DNA from: a virus
Taxonomy: Duplodnaviria > Caudoviricetes
Strand: one strand, 5' to 3'
IMG/VR virus record: IMGVR_UViG_3300028591_000121
Location: 55,417-119,416 of that record
Length of the DNA: 64,000 bases
The notes under the pieces were generated by a model. It was not told where the DNA came from, ran no database searches, and saw only the letters and a list, made by a program, of their open reading frames with translations. The translations under genes and the position numbers were made by a program. This document shows positions 9,857 through 20,523 of this stretch, piece after piece (the first letter of the stretch is position 1; each line of letters begins with the position of its first letter).

Positions 9857-11785
9857 ATGGCTATTGCACCAAATTACGAATTAAGAAGAAAGAACATTAA
9901 CTTTATCAACAAATTTATTGGTGCTCAGAATACCGCATCAGGTAGCGAAGTAGATGCTAACTCTAATGTCAGCGGAAAGAATATCGCTACTATGTCCCCT
10001 GAAGTACACAAGAAAGAGAACATAAAAACCAACCGCCTGATGATGTACGATAAGCTGAAGGAAATGTACGGCGAGACTATTGCCGATAAGTACATTGAAC
10101 AGCTTGAGAAGCATGAGATTTATACACACGACGAAAGTACTTTCCCTTTTGCGGGTGTTCCTTATTGTGCCTCCATTACTCTGTATCCTTATCTGTTTGA
10201 CGGAATGACAAAGCTCTCCGGCACAACGATTGCTCCGAAGAATCTTGACTCATTCTGCGGTGGGTTTGTAAATCTCGTATTCGCTGTGGCTGCACAACTT
10301 AAAGGTGCGGTTGCTACGCCTGAGTTCCTTTCGTATATGGATTACTTCCTGAGAAAGCAATACGGAGATGATTATTATCTGAGAGCAAACGACGTGGTTG
10401 ATTTGTCTAACAGACATGCAACTATCGATATGGTCATCACAGATCATTTCCAACAAGTAGTGTACAGCATTAATCAGCCCGCTGCTGCTCGTGGTTCCCA
10501 GTCAGTTTTTTGGAACGTGGCATATTTCGACAAGTATTATTTTAATGCGCTTTTTGAAGACTTCGTTTTCCCTGACGGTACACCGATGCAGTGGGAATCC
10601 GTTAGTTGGTTGCAGAAGCGGTTTATGAAATGGTTTAACAGAGAGCGACTCAAAGAAGTCTTAACTTTCCCCGTGGAGACCTTATCACTTCTTAATGATG
10701 GCAAGGATTTCATGGACAAAGAGTGGGCTGACTTTGCTGCCGAGATGTATGCGGAAGGACATAGTTTCTTCACATACACAAGTGACAGTGTTGATTCTCT
10801 TGCAAGCTGTTGCCGTCTTCGTAACGGTATCACAGAGAACCAGTTCTCATATACTCTTGGTGCTGGCGGTATTTCTACTGGCAGTAAGTGCGTGATCACG
10901 ATGAACCTGAACCGTCTTGTTCAGAATAGAATGTGTGAACTCATGGACTGCAAACCGGGTGAAGAAGATATTGGTGAAATCAGAAGCGATAGTAACTTTG
11001 AACAGAACCTTAATGATATCTCTTATGCGGTAACAGAACAGACAAAACTTATCCATATGTATCTTTCCGCATATAATGAGATTGTTTTGGATATGACCCG
11101 TAAACATATGATCTCTATTTATGACGCTGGGTTTATTAGTCCTGAGAAAGAATATCTTACTGTCGGGATTAATGGTGCGGTTGAAGGTGCTGAGTATCTG
11201 GGTATTGACATCAGCAATAACGAGAAGTACAAGGCTTACATTAATGCGATCCTTAAACCTATCTATGAACTAGATAAGAAGGATAAAACCGCAGATAGAA
11301 TGTTTAACTGTGAATTTGTGCCAGCGGAGAACCTTGGAGTTAAGAATGCCAAGTGGGATAAGGAAGATGGATATGAAGTGCCTCGTCCCTGTTACAACTC
11401 TTACTTCTATATTGTAGAAGATGAGAAGACGAACCCAATTGATAAGTTCAGGCTTCACGGCAGAGAATTTACTCAGTACCTTGATGGCGGTTCTGCTCTG
11501 CACTGTAACCTCAGCGAACATTTGAGTAAAGCCCAGTATGAATTCCTGCTGAGATATGCCATTGTGACGGGTTGTAATTATTTTACCTTCAATATCCCCA
11601 ATACAATCTGTAATGACTGTGGTCATATTTCGAAGCACAAGCTTGAGAGATGTACCAAGTGTGGCTCTGAAAATCTTGACTACGCTACAAGAGTAATTGG
11701 ATATCTTACCCGTATCTCAAAGTGGTCTGCCGATAGACAGATCGAACAGGCGAAACGCTACTATGCTCCGTCAAATTGTGTCTGA
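9857..11785 (+). CDS. nrdD: Anaerobic (class III) ribonucleotide reductase
   Basis: LTFPV, ASCCRL, EFVPAENLG, YLDGGS, CNDC/CTKC and the glycyl-radical motif TRVIGYL. Confidence 0.95.
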   Translation: MAIAPNYELRRKNINFINKFIGAQNTASGSEVDANSNVSGKNIATMSPEVHKKENIKTNRLMMYDKLKEMYGETIADKYIEQLEKHEIYTHDESTFPFAGVPYCASITLYPYLFDGMTKLSGTTIAPKNLDSFCGGFVNLVFAVAAQLKGAVATPEFLSYMDYFLRKQYGDDYYLRANDVVDLSNRHATIDMVITDHFQQVVYSINQPAAARGSQSVFWNVAYFDKYYFNALFEDFVFPDGTPMQWESVSWLQKRFMKWFNRERLKEVLTFPVETLSLLNDGKDFMDKEWADFAAEMYAEGHSFFTYTSDSVDSLASCCRLRNGITENQFSYTLGAGGISTGSKCVITMNLNRLVQNRMCELMDCKPGEEDIGEIRSDSNFEQNLNDISYAVTEQTKLIHMYLSAYNEIVLDMTRKHMISIYDAGFISPEKEYLTVGINGAVEGAEYLGIDISNNEKYKAYINAILKPIYELDKKDKTADRMFNCEFVPAENLGVKNAKWDKEDGYEVPRPCYNSYFYIVEDEKTNPIDKFRLHGREFTQYLDGGSALHCNLSEHLSKAQYEFLLRYAIVTGCNYFTFNIPNTICNDCGHISKHKLERCTKCGSENLDYATRVIGYLTRISKWSADRQIEQAKRYYAPSNCV

Positions 11786-11806
11786 TAACCGTTAGAGGAG
11801 AATGTA

Positions 11807-12301
11807 ATGATTTATTGTGCCGGATATACTGTTTCATTTCAGGAAGTACCAGATGAGGTGAGTCTGGTACTCCTGATTTCTGATTGTCAGCATCATTGCC
11901 CCGGTTGTCACTCACCAGAGCTTCAGAAGAAAACAGGGAAAGTACTTAGCGAAGAATATATTGACAAGCTTCTTTCTGAATATAAATCAGGCGTTAGCTG
12001 CGTCTGTTTCATGGGAGAAGGGGATAATCTTCCTGAGCTTTGTCGCTACGCTAGATACATTCATTCCGCTTACAATCTGAGGACTTGTCTTTATACGGGG
12101 ACTGATGAGGTGACATGTTTCAGTAAGTGGTTTGACGATATAAATGGAAGTCTTGATTATCTGAAATGCGGGGAATACATTGCCGATCTTGGTGGGTTGG
12201 ACTCCCCTACTACGAACCAGAAAATGTATAAGCTTGAAAGATTTGATGGTGAGTTTCGGATGATGAATATTACTTCAAGATTTCTCAAGAATTACAATTG
12301 A
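11807..12301 (+). CDS. nrdG: Class III RNR activase (radical SAM)
   Basis: FQEVPDEVSL, CQHHCPGCHSPEL, GGLDSPTTNQ. Confidence 0.92.
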   Translation: MIYCAGYTVSFQEVPDEVSLVLLISDCQHHCPGCHSPELQKKTGKVLSEEYIDKLLSEYKSGVSCVCFMGEGDNLPELCRYARYIHSAYNLRTCLYTGTDEVTCFSKWFDDINGSLDYLKCGEYIADLGGLDSPTTNQKMYKLERFDGEFRMMNITSRFLKNYN

Positions 12302-12462
12302 GGAAACTTATGAATAATACACTTTGCATTAAATAGGGGTTTGTTATGTGGAGAAAGTTTTACGATGGATGGTTTGAATACTACTACAATATTGAAACTG
12401 GTGAGCGTAAATTCAAACTTGAGCCTAGCGATAAATTGGTGGATTAAATAGGAGGATAAAAC

Positions 12463-12783
12463 ATGAAGGTTATGTTATCTCAGCCGATGGCTGGAAAGAC
12501 AGATGAAGAAATCGTAGCAACCAGAGAACGAGCAATAAAAGTGCTTGAAGCGAAGGGCTATGAGGTTGTGAATACCCTGTTCACGGATGAATGGTATTCC
12601 AATGAAAAGATGAAAGAGCGTGGCGTGGTTCAAATCCCGCTGTGTTTCCTTGCAAAGTCTCTTGAAAACATGAGCCTGTGCCATGCAGTCTATTTCTGCA
12701 AGGGGTGGGAAAATGCCAGAGGATGTAAGATTGAGCATGATGCCGCTGTCGCATACGGGCTTGAAATCATTTATGAGGAATGA
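12463..12783 (+). CDS. DUF4406-like (nucleoside deoxyribosyltransferase-like) protein
   Basis: MLSQPMAG, KGWENARGCKIEHDAA..YGL. Confidence 0.7.
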   Translation: MKVMLSQPMAGKTDEEIVATRERAIKVLEAKGYEVVNTLFTDEWYSNEKMKERGVVQIPLCFLAKSLENMSLCHAVYFCKGWENARGCKIEHDAAVAYGLEIIYEE

Positions 12784-13280
12784 CACATGGAAAACAATCT
12801 TGAATATTGCGAATGCGAATGTTGCGGAAGGCTTGTGATTTGTAGAAAAATAGATGGCAAAATGTTATGCGACCGATGTTTCACAGAATACAAAGTTATT
12901 CACTGGAGCAAATCAAAGGACATGTATGACGAAACAAGAGGCTATTAATGAGATTGAAGAATATTTACGTGATGCGGATAAAGCAATCTCAGAAGACGAA
13001 GAGTATATCAGGGGCTGGAAGTCCGCTATGTTAACAGCCCTTGAGATTGTGTATAAATTACAAAGCACCGGGGATGAGGATGAATGAGCCTTGACAAAGC
13101 TATTAAATACGGCAAGGAACACCGCAAACAGTACTACGGTAGTAAGGCTTTTGATAAGACTTGTCGGAATCACGGAAGCTGTAAGTGGTGCGAAATGAAC
13201 AGAAAGCATAAATTCCGTGACAAACATCCGCAGGACAAATATCCGCAGAAAGAAAGTAAGTATGACATGAGGTGAGAAGA

Positions 13281-13532
13281 ATGAATGTTGTTGTTATTAC
13301 GTTGAAGGACGGTAAGGTTGATATTACCAAGGAAGAACTCGAAAAGATGTAGAATGATGCGTATGACAGGGGATATCGTAAAGCAAAGAATGAGGTATGG
13401 GCTATAACCTATCCTACATATCCTTACGTAAGTCCTACTTGTGGGGAGACTGTAACCAACATTACAGTAGACTCCGATAAGATTACGCTCAACCCAGATT
13501 TGCAAACTCACTCTACTAAGATTACATGTTAA
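13281..13532 (+). CDS. Hypothetical protein; one in-frame TAG (13350)
   Basis: RBS GAGGTG; ITKEELEKM*NDAYDRGY; fills an otherwise empty gap. Confidence 0.7.
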
Positions 13533-13702
13533 GGAGAAATGAGAATGGCGGATGAACAAGCATTAAAAGTTGCCAAGACAATAAGGACTCCGTACATGGA
13601 ACACCCGGAGAGAGAACTCCGCTATCAACATCTGTGAAATCCATAGGAGTTGCGTGTGATTGAAACTGCACACTCCGCCATCTATATTTAAAGGAGATAA
13701 CT

Positions 13703-14038
13703 ATGAACGATAATATTCTTTAGGGCGTAATGCCCGACGCTCCCGTCGTAGAAAATGAACAGGGTGGCAAGCAGTCTGCTTCGCCGTATGCATTCGAATT
13801 GCTCCCGCCTTCTGCTCTTTTGGCGGCTGCCGAGGTTGCCAGACAGGGAGCAGATAAGTACGGTGAGACTTTAGAAAGTAGGAACTATACAAAAATTCCC
13901 TACGAATCCCATCTCAACCATGCAATCGCCCACATCTATGCATATCTCGCAGGAGACAGAAGTGACGAACATCTTGCCCATGCTATCGTAAGACTTATGT
14001 TTGCTTATGATACTCGTCCTGAGAAAGTTGGTCTATAA
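13703..14038 (+). CDS. dATP/dGTP diphosphohydrolase-like (DUF5664) protein; TAG at 13721
   Basis: GGKQS, GADKYG, RNY, HLNHAIAH, EHLAHA. RBS AAGGAG lies before ATG 13703. Confidence 0.7.
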
Positions 14039-14040
14039 GA

Positions 14041-14589
14041 ATGGATATGGAATAGACAACAGGACAAGTATCCGCATATGAGAATGAGTCCCCAACCATC
14101 CTGCTTTTCTGTGCGGATTAGTCCCTGAGATGCCCAGGGTTTGCGTAGCTTGAGTTTAATAAGGAAACAAAAGAAGTAAAGCTACTCCGCAAATCCAATG
14201 TAGATAATCATGGAGCGAGGAAAGCACACGGACAGATGCTGGCTGAGATAGCCTAGGAAATCAAGAGCTATCTCAAGTCCGCAGAAGGAATGGTACTAGT
14301 TAGAGAGCGGGGGTTCTACAGAACTCCGAATGAAACGATAGCTCTGGCTAAGGTCGCTGGGATTGCAGACCTTTATGCGTACAGTTATAAACAGGCAACC
14401 TTCGACGAGATCGCCCCGGTGTCCATCAAGAAGACAGTGACGGGCAACCATAAAGCAGACAAGGATGAGGTGGCTCGTTGTGTTGAAAGGTACGTTGGAG
14501 TACAGCAGTATAAGACCGATGATGAGTCTGATGCTGTAGCCGTGGGGATCGCTTGGCTGATCCAACAGGGATACCTAGAGAAAATTTAA
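14041..14589 (+). CDS. RuvC-like Holliday junction resolvase; four in-frame TAGs (14053, 14119, 14146, 14254)
   Basis: LFCAD*SLRCPGFA*L (first catalytic Asp), LVRE, IKKTVTGNHKADKDEV, DDESDAVAV. Confidence 0.88.
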
Positions 14590-14634
14590 TAGGGCGGTTA
14601 ATTTCCCTAGAAAAAGGGAGCGTTATATATAGTG

Positions 14635-14662
14635 AGGAGCGAGTGAAAACCCGCTCCTTTTT
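14635..14662 (+). terminator. Probable intrinsic terminator
   Basis: AGGAGCG/CGCTCCT hairpin followed by a T run, downstream of the RuvC-like gene. Confidence 0.6.
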
Positions 14663-14698
14663 CTTATCTAAAAACACGGGAGAAAGGGGGCTGCGTGG

Positions 14699-14908
14699 AT
14701 GACGAACATGGAAGCGTTCAAGCGACTGACGCTCGATACCGTTGACCCAGTGATCTTTATGGAATGGTAGTGTTCAGTACAGAAGTCCTGCGACGGATGC
14801 AAGTTCAAAGAACGTAAGCCCGAATGGTACACAGGGCCTTGCATCTGGTACTGGTAGGAACAGGAATTTGAAACAGGAGTTGACGATCTTGAACGAACGG
14901 ATGATTAA
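14699..14908 (+). CDS. Small phage protein; two in-frame TAGs (14768, 14855)
   Basis: MTNMEAF...MEW*CS..CDGC...CIWYW*EQE, resembling the common MTN...EWL...WLxQE small phage proteins. The stop overlaps the next start. Confidence 0.75.
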
Positions 14909-15875
14909 CCTCTTTACCCACACAGATCTTGATGGCTTGGGATGTTCCGTACTGATACATCTGCATGCTGCCCAGACCTATAACACTTCCCTCTCCGTTG
15001 CCTATTGTGACTACGACAATATTAATAAGAAGGTTTCCGACTTTATTGATCTGCTTGTGATGAGCGACGAAGCCGGAGTAACCAAGCCGACTCATAGGGA
15101 AATCATTATTACCGATCTCAGTCTCGACGAAGAGACCGCCAAGAAACTGGATGACTACTGCCTTGCCCATTCCTTCACGACAACGATCCATCTTCTCGAC
15201 CATCATAAGACGGCTGAGTGGATGAGCGAGAAGTATCCCTGGGCATACGTGAATACTCATCCTGAAGTCTGCGGTACATCCCTTGTCTACGACAAATATT
15301 TCCATCAGTGTCTCGACGCTCTGGATGAGTTTGTGAATGCGGTGAGTCTCTACGATACATGGCGGTTCGACCAGAACAAGCTCTGCCTTTCCAAGCAGTT
15401 GAACTATCTCGCTTATCTGTATGAGCATGAGGAGTTTGTAAATTACGCTATCGGTCAGATTGTTAACACTGATGCGTATGGGATGAGGATTTGCAGTCCG
15501 CACTTTGTTCTGTCTGACGAACTCTGGGGCATTACCTACAGTTACGATCAGCGGGTTCAGAAGTACATTGATCAGCGGGTTGCTCAGTCAAATACCATCT
15601 TCGTCAACAACTACTATTCCGTAGCAGTTGCTACAGCCTCTGGTCATTATTCTCAGATCGGAAATAAGTTGGTTGAGAAGTATCCCGATGCCGACTTTGC
15701 GATTGTTCTGGATTTTGAGAACGGCAAGGCTCATCTGCGTGGCGGAGAGAAATGCCCTAATCTTGGAGAGTTTGCCAAGAAGTACGGCGGTGGCGGACAT
15801 CCTAAAGCGGCTTCGTTCCCGTTTGCGATTGACGATCATGACATCAAGGACATCCTGTTCCGTGACAATATTTAA
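14901..15875 (+). CDS. DHH/DHHA1 phosphoesterase (NrnA-like)
   Basis: THTDLDG, ITDLS, LLDHHKT, GGGGHPKAA. Confidence 0.88.
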   Translation: MINLFTHTDLDGLGCSVLIHLHAAQTYNTSLSVAYCDYDNINKKVSDFIDLLVMSDEAGVTKPTHREIIITDLSLDEETAKKLDDYCLAHSFTTTIHLLDHHKTAEWMSEKYPWAYVNTHPEVCGTSLVYDKYFHQCLDALDEFVNAVSLYDTWRFDQNKLCLSKQLNYLAYLYEHEEFVNYAIGQIVNTDAYGMRICSPHFVLSDELWGITYSYDQRVQKYIDQRVAQSNTIFVNNYYSVAVATASGHYSQIGNKLVEKYPDADFAIVLDFENGKAHLRGGEKCPNLGEFAKKYGGGGHPKAASFPFAIDDHDIKDILFRDNI

Positions 15876-15890
15876 AAAGGAAGTAAAAAG

Positions 15891-16592
15891 ATGAAGCTTG
15901 GAAGTTTGTTCGATGGATCAGGGGGATTTCCTCTTGCTGGGACTATGAACGGCATTGAGCCTGTCTGGGCTTCGGAGATTGAACCGTATCCGATCAGTGT
16001 TACTTCTGCGAGGTTTCCGCATATGAAACACCTTGGAGACATTACCAAGATCGACGGGTCTCAGATTGAGCCAGTGGATATCGTCTGCTTCGGGAGTCCG
16101 TGTCAGGATATTTCCACTGCCGGAAAGATGGTGGGGTTGCAGGACGGAAAGCGTTCCAGTCTTTTCTTTGAAGCAATCCGCATCATAAAAGAAATGAGGG
16201 ATGCAACTAATGGAGAGTATCCAAAATATGTCTGCTTCGAAAACGTGCCGGGAATCTTCTCGTCCAACAAAGGCGAAGACTTCCGTGCGGCTCTCGAAAA
16301 CTTCTGCTCGATCAAAGGCGGAGAAGTTTCAATTCCTCTCCCTGAAAAAGGGAAGTGGCAACCAGCGGGAGCCATCATGGGAGATGGGTACACAGTGGCT
16401 TGGCGGACAGTCAATGCAGTTTACTGGGGAACACCCCAGCGTAGACGTAGAGTGTACGCTCTCATCAATCTTACAGACGGATCTGCCGAATCTTGCTCGT
16501 TACTGTTTGAGCAAGAGAGCATGCCAGGGAATTCTCCGACGGTCGAGGGAACGTGGGAAAACGCTTCCCGATATGTTGCGAGAAGCACTTGA
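15891..16592 (+). CDS. DNA cytosine-5 methyltransferase, N-terminal part (motifs I-VIII)
   Basis: SLFDGSGG, GSPCQD, ENVPG, PQRRRR; ends in TGA without motifs IX-X. Confidence 0.88.
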   Translation: MKLGSLFDGSGGFPLAGTMNGIEPVWASEIEPYPISVTSARFPHMKHLGDITKIDGSQIEPVDIVCFGSPCQDISTAGKMVGLQDGKRSSLFFEAIRIIKEMRDATNGEYPKYVCFENVPGIFSSNKGEDFRAALENFCSIKGGEVSIPLPEKGKWQPAGAIMGDGYTVAWRTVNAVYWGTPQRRRRVYALINLTDGSAESCSLLFEQESMPGNSPTVEGTWENASRYVARST

Positions 16593-16635
16593 AGAGGTGG
16601 TCAACGATGGAGAAGAAGAAGGTAATCAGCCTTGA
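16201..16635 (+). CDS. Overprinted +1-frame ORF inside the methyltransferase gene (true start uncertain)
   Basis: TLSSILQ...YCLSKRACQGILRRSRERGKTLPDMLREAL, a peptide pattern I recognise from alternative frames of phage C5-MTase loci. Confidence 0.55.
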   Translation: MQLMESIQNMSASKTCRESSRPTKAKTSVRLSKTSARSKAEKFQFLSLKKGSGNQREPSWEMGTQWLGGQSMQFTGEHPSVDVECTLSSILQTDLPNLARYCLSKRACQGILRRSRERGKTLPDMLREALEEVVNDGEEEGNQP

Positions 16636-17686
16636 AGGTAACGGCTCACGCCCTTCCCATCGTGGCACAGGCTACTCTGAAAGCGGAGAGATGTTCACGC
16701 TGAACACGATTGACCGACACGCAGTTTGTTACCCTGTTGATTCTCACCCGATGGACGGAAGAATCAGTATTGCGGAAGACGGTGTAGTCCCAACGCTGAC
16801 TGATAAGTTGAGGAAAGGGAGCGCAGATGGGCCTTTGGTTCTGATCTACCGCCCTACATCCTGCAACTGTACGGGCTACGAAGAATCCGAAACTTCCGCA
16901 AGCCTCACTACTAAATACCATTACGGTCAGGGCGGAGACGCTGCGTTGATTGTACAAAGGAGTCCAGATGAGATGAAATCATATGCCGTAGAAAACCATC
17001 CCGCTGACAGCAGAGTAAAGATTTGTGAAGACGATAAAGTCCAGACCCTCTCCTCAAGGATGGGGACTGGTGGAAATAATGTCCCGCTTGTGATGCATGT
17101 GAGAGAGGGAGAAGAAGACATGGAATACTACGATATGCAACGGATTGGAGAGTACGGTAACAGCGGAACAGCAAGCACTCTCAAACAGCGGGACTATAAA
17201 GATCATACCGATCTGATCGTCGATAAGAATAAGGATCGTAAATATATTATCCGCCGTCTTACGCCAACGGAGTGTGCAAGACTTCAGGGTTTCCCTGACT
17301 GGTGGACAGAAGGAGTCAAGGGTTCTGATTCAGCGGAGTATCGCATGTGGGGCAACGGTGTCTGTCTTCAGAATTGCTTTTATATCTTGAACCGCATCGT
17401 GGAATATGAGAAGCGGAAGCAGAATTCTCCCGGCGTGAAAGAAACTCCTTACGCCCTTTATAAATTCAGCGGATATATGGGTGAGCTTCCGACTGATCCT
17501 AATAAGTATCTGCTGATCGCCGGAAACGTAGCAGACGATGACGAAGCCTGTAAACTTATCCGCAAGAGAGAAGACACTATCCCCTATCTCCGAATGATGG
17601 GGCCGGATATGGACACAGGAAGCTACTGGTTCGACTTCGGTTCTTACACACAATTCTATCTGCTGACTAAGAATTATCTGGGGTGA
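16607..17686 (+). CDS. DNA cytosine-5 methyltransferase, C-terminal part (variable/TRD region, motifs IX-X) plus extra C-terminal domain
   Basis: Own RBS GAGGTG; IRRLTPTECARLQGFPDWW; YRMWGNGV. Confidence 0.82.
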   Translation: MEKKKVISLEGNGSRPSHRGTGYSESGEMFTLNTIDRHAVCYPVDSHPMDGRISIAEDGVVPTLTDKLRKGSADGPLVLIYRPTSCNCTGYEESETSASLTTKYHYGQGGDAALIVQRSPDEMKSYAVENHPADSRVKICEDDKVQTLSSRMGTGGNNVPLVMHVREGEEDMEYYDMQRIGEYGNSGTASTLKQRDYKDHTDLIVDKNKDRKYIIRRLTPTECARLQGFPDWWTEGVKGSDSAEYRMWGNGVCLQNCFYILNRIVEYEKRKQNSPGVKETPYALYKFSGYMGELPTDPNKYLLIAGNVADDDEACKLIRKREDTIPYLRMMGPDMDTGSYWFDFGSYTQFYLLTKNYLG

Positions 17687-18743
17687 TGAGAATGGAAACA
17701 ACATTCGATTACACGACGAAAGAGGTTGCTTACTTCTCCTCTGATGAGAACCGTTGGATCAAGAAGATCAGGAGTCTCGCTGAACAGTATCCTGATCTCG
17801 TGCGGATTACTCAGAACCCAGAAACAAATGATCACTGTATTTGTGCAGAAGTTCCTGTTTCCTGGTTCAAACTTTCTCCCCCTAGGAAAGTATTAGTCGA
17901 CGATAAAGGACGAGCAGATCGTATCAGAAACTTACAACTCGCCAGAGAAAAGAAGGCAGAAAAGAAAGCCAGAGAAGGAGCGGGGCAATGACAGTAACCA
18001 CTTACACGGCAAGGGGAAACAATTCCGCTATTAAAGTTCGTAGGCTGCCCAAAAAAGTTCTGCTGAATAATCTCTACTTCAGGTACGACAAGGGCGAGAA
18101 AGCTTATATCTACGAACAGGACTTGAAGAGTGCACCGGGACATGTGTTCTGTTTCTGCATTTACAGTGACGGAGAGTGGTTCATCAGAGTCTACGATGGA
18201 TACGGTAATACATCTCATTATCAAGATGTGCTGCGTGATCTGGTTGACTCGTCACCGACTGAGTACAGACAGGCGATGCGTATCAGGCGTGAAGTTGAAC
18301 AAATAATGACATGGCTTACTGTTCAGCGGGTTATTACAGGACATGTTCCGGGGGCGATTATATGATTGAGAAAACGATCTACATTACAGATGACGGGCAG
18401 GAGTTCGAGGACGAGGACGAAGCCAGAAAACACGAGAACAGCAGTTTCCTGAATCGTGTCCATGTTGCGTTTCTGGGCGAAGACAAGAAACCTTCAAATT
18501 ATGCAGACATTAACGACACAAGCATTATTATTATCTGCGATATATCAGATGAAGATTTGAGTACGCTATATAAAATTCTCGAAGACGAGATTGGTTATGA
18601 CATGAGTCGGTGGATGTTTACTCCGCATTCATTGATTTACTGGGATAAGTACAAAGATAAATGGACTGCATGGGGAGCGGAAAGCGAAGCACAACTTTCG
18701 TATCTTCAGTCTCTTAAAGAACTGTACGAGAAGGTGAAGCCTG

Positions 18744-19577
18744 ATGGAGACACGTAAAGAGATTTACTGCAACATCTACGGTGGTTGGGAGAAGGCTAAA
18801 GTCCAGAACGAGAAGCGGGTTTACTGCTCCCACTCCGATGAATGTTCTTTGTATCAGAAGGGAATGTGCGCTGGGCTTCCGGGAATCTTCAAGTCTGATT
18901 GTCCGTATAGTCGAATTGAGACTTATCCAGGCTATTCACAGAGAGCCATGAAGTATACCGATTGGGCTAAGTCAATTAAGGAGCGGGATACTTTTAATGC
19001 TTTGAAACCTACGACTGGGTACTATATCGCAACCGTAGGAACAAAGATGATGAGTACGATGTACTGCGGAATCTACTACGATGAGGAGTACAAAAGGTGG
19101 AAGGGGCCGAATCTGTTTGGTGGATTGACTACAGTTCTTGAGTGGGAAGAGGTTACTTCCGAGCTTCTGTATCAGCTATACAAATATGCTCCATTTTCCA
19201 TTTTTGATTCCGCTCCAGTAAAAGGTTGGCAAGACCATCGGAAAGTCTGGTTCAATGTTCTCGCTCACACATATCCTGAGAAGTATAAACAGTTCCTTGC
19301 GGATTACCCCGATGTTGATCTGAGCTACAGCCACATCGGTATGAGAGCTAAGATCGGCGAACTGAGAGATGGAGCGGTATTCAAATCCGGCAACAACACA
19401 TGGACAATTACTGGGGATAAGGTTGTTTGTGATGATTATCACGGCGGACTGTATGCGTTCTATGGAGCTGCCCCTAGCACACGCTATGAACTGACTTGTA
19501 ACCTGGCGGATATCGCAGAGATTCCGATCACGATTACGAGTGACGATCAGGTAGATGAAGAGACAACCTACCTTTAA
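18744..19577 (+). CDS. Hypothetical protein (277 aa)
   Basis: Long intact ORF overlapping the previous stop; Cys-rich N-terminus. Confidence 0.75.
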   Translation: METRKEIYCNIYGGWEKAKVQNEKRVYCSHSDECSLYQKGMCAGLPGIFKSDCPYSRIETYPGYSQRAMKYTDWAKSIKERDTFNALKPTTGYYIATVGTKMMSTMYCGIYYDEEYKRWKGPNLFGGLTTVLEWEEVTSELLYQLYKYAPFSIFDSAPVKGWQDHRKVWFNVLAHTYPEKYKQFLADYPDVDLSYSHIGMRAKIGELRDGAVFKSGNNTWTITGDKVVCDDYHGGLYAFYGAAPSTRYELTCNLADIAEIPITITSDDQVDEETTYL

Positions 19578-20523
19578 GGAGAGTTTATGGATGACAATTA
19601 CGCTTGGTATCACGAGTTAAAATATCAAATCCATCAATGGAAATCGACCTTTTATCTGAAGTTGAGCGGTGTATTCATTAAAATTGCTTCCTTCTTTTCC
19701 GACGCTGCGGACAAACATATTGAGGGCATGAAAGAGTATGCCGCGATGTTGAAAAGATCCGCTATGAAAAAGGAGATGATTAAGTGGATTACACAGAAAG
19801 AGTCGACGGATTCCAAATCAGAGACCTCACCTACTTCTTCCCAAGAAAAGAGCGGGAAACACGGATAAAGAACTTCGATATTGTGAAGTGGCAAAGCTTC
19901 AGTACTCCGCATAAAACGTTTGCCTATAATGACAAGACCAACAAGATTGAGGATACAATGGTTAATGAGAGTTGCTACTCAATAGCTACTCTGGACTGGA
20001 ATGAGAAAGAAGACGATTTCGAACTGAATCCAGTCGGCTTGAGAATATTCACATCAGGACTTACTCAAGCTGCGATGGATATGATTGTGCGGTTTGCAAA
20101 AGTAAAGGCTAGGGAGCTTCAGAGCGATGGCTAACAGACGAGTAACCAACTGCCCCAACTGTGGGGGTCCGCTTCCTGTCAGCGGATTGAAGTGTCAGTT
20201 CTGCGGAACAAGAGTTGTTGATTTGACAATGATTGATTTCGAAGAAAAAGATCCAACGATGTATGTGTTCAGGTTACCGAGCCGCATGGTTACACAGACA
20301 GGAGTCGGCGAAGGATACTATTACTTCTCAGTCTGGGCTAGACCAGAATTGCTCAACCTCAACAATGAGTGTGAGACTAGAGAAGTTACTGCGATAGGGC
20401 CTACAGGGGTAGAGCATTTTTCTCTCCCAACAAAGAGATCAGTATCTTTCGACCTGACGTTGAAGGCTTATGAAAATCCTGAGACTCGTGAGATATTCAA
20501 GGTTTTATACAAGGAGTAAAGAT

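Noticed and set aside
12310-12447. Another TAG read-through gene (TAG at 12334)
   Set aside because: An in-frame ATG at 12346 with its own AGGGG RBS explains the ORF without read-through.
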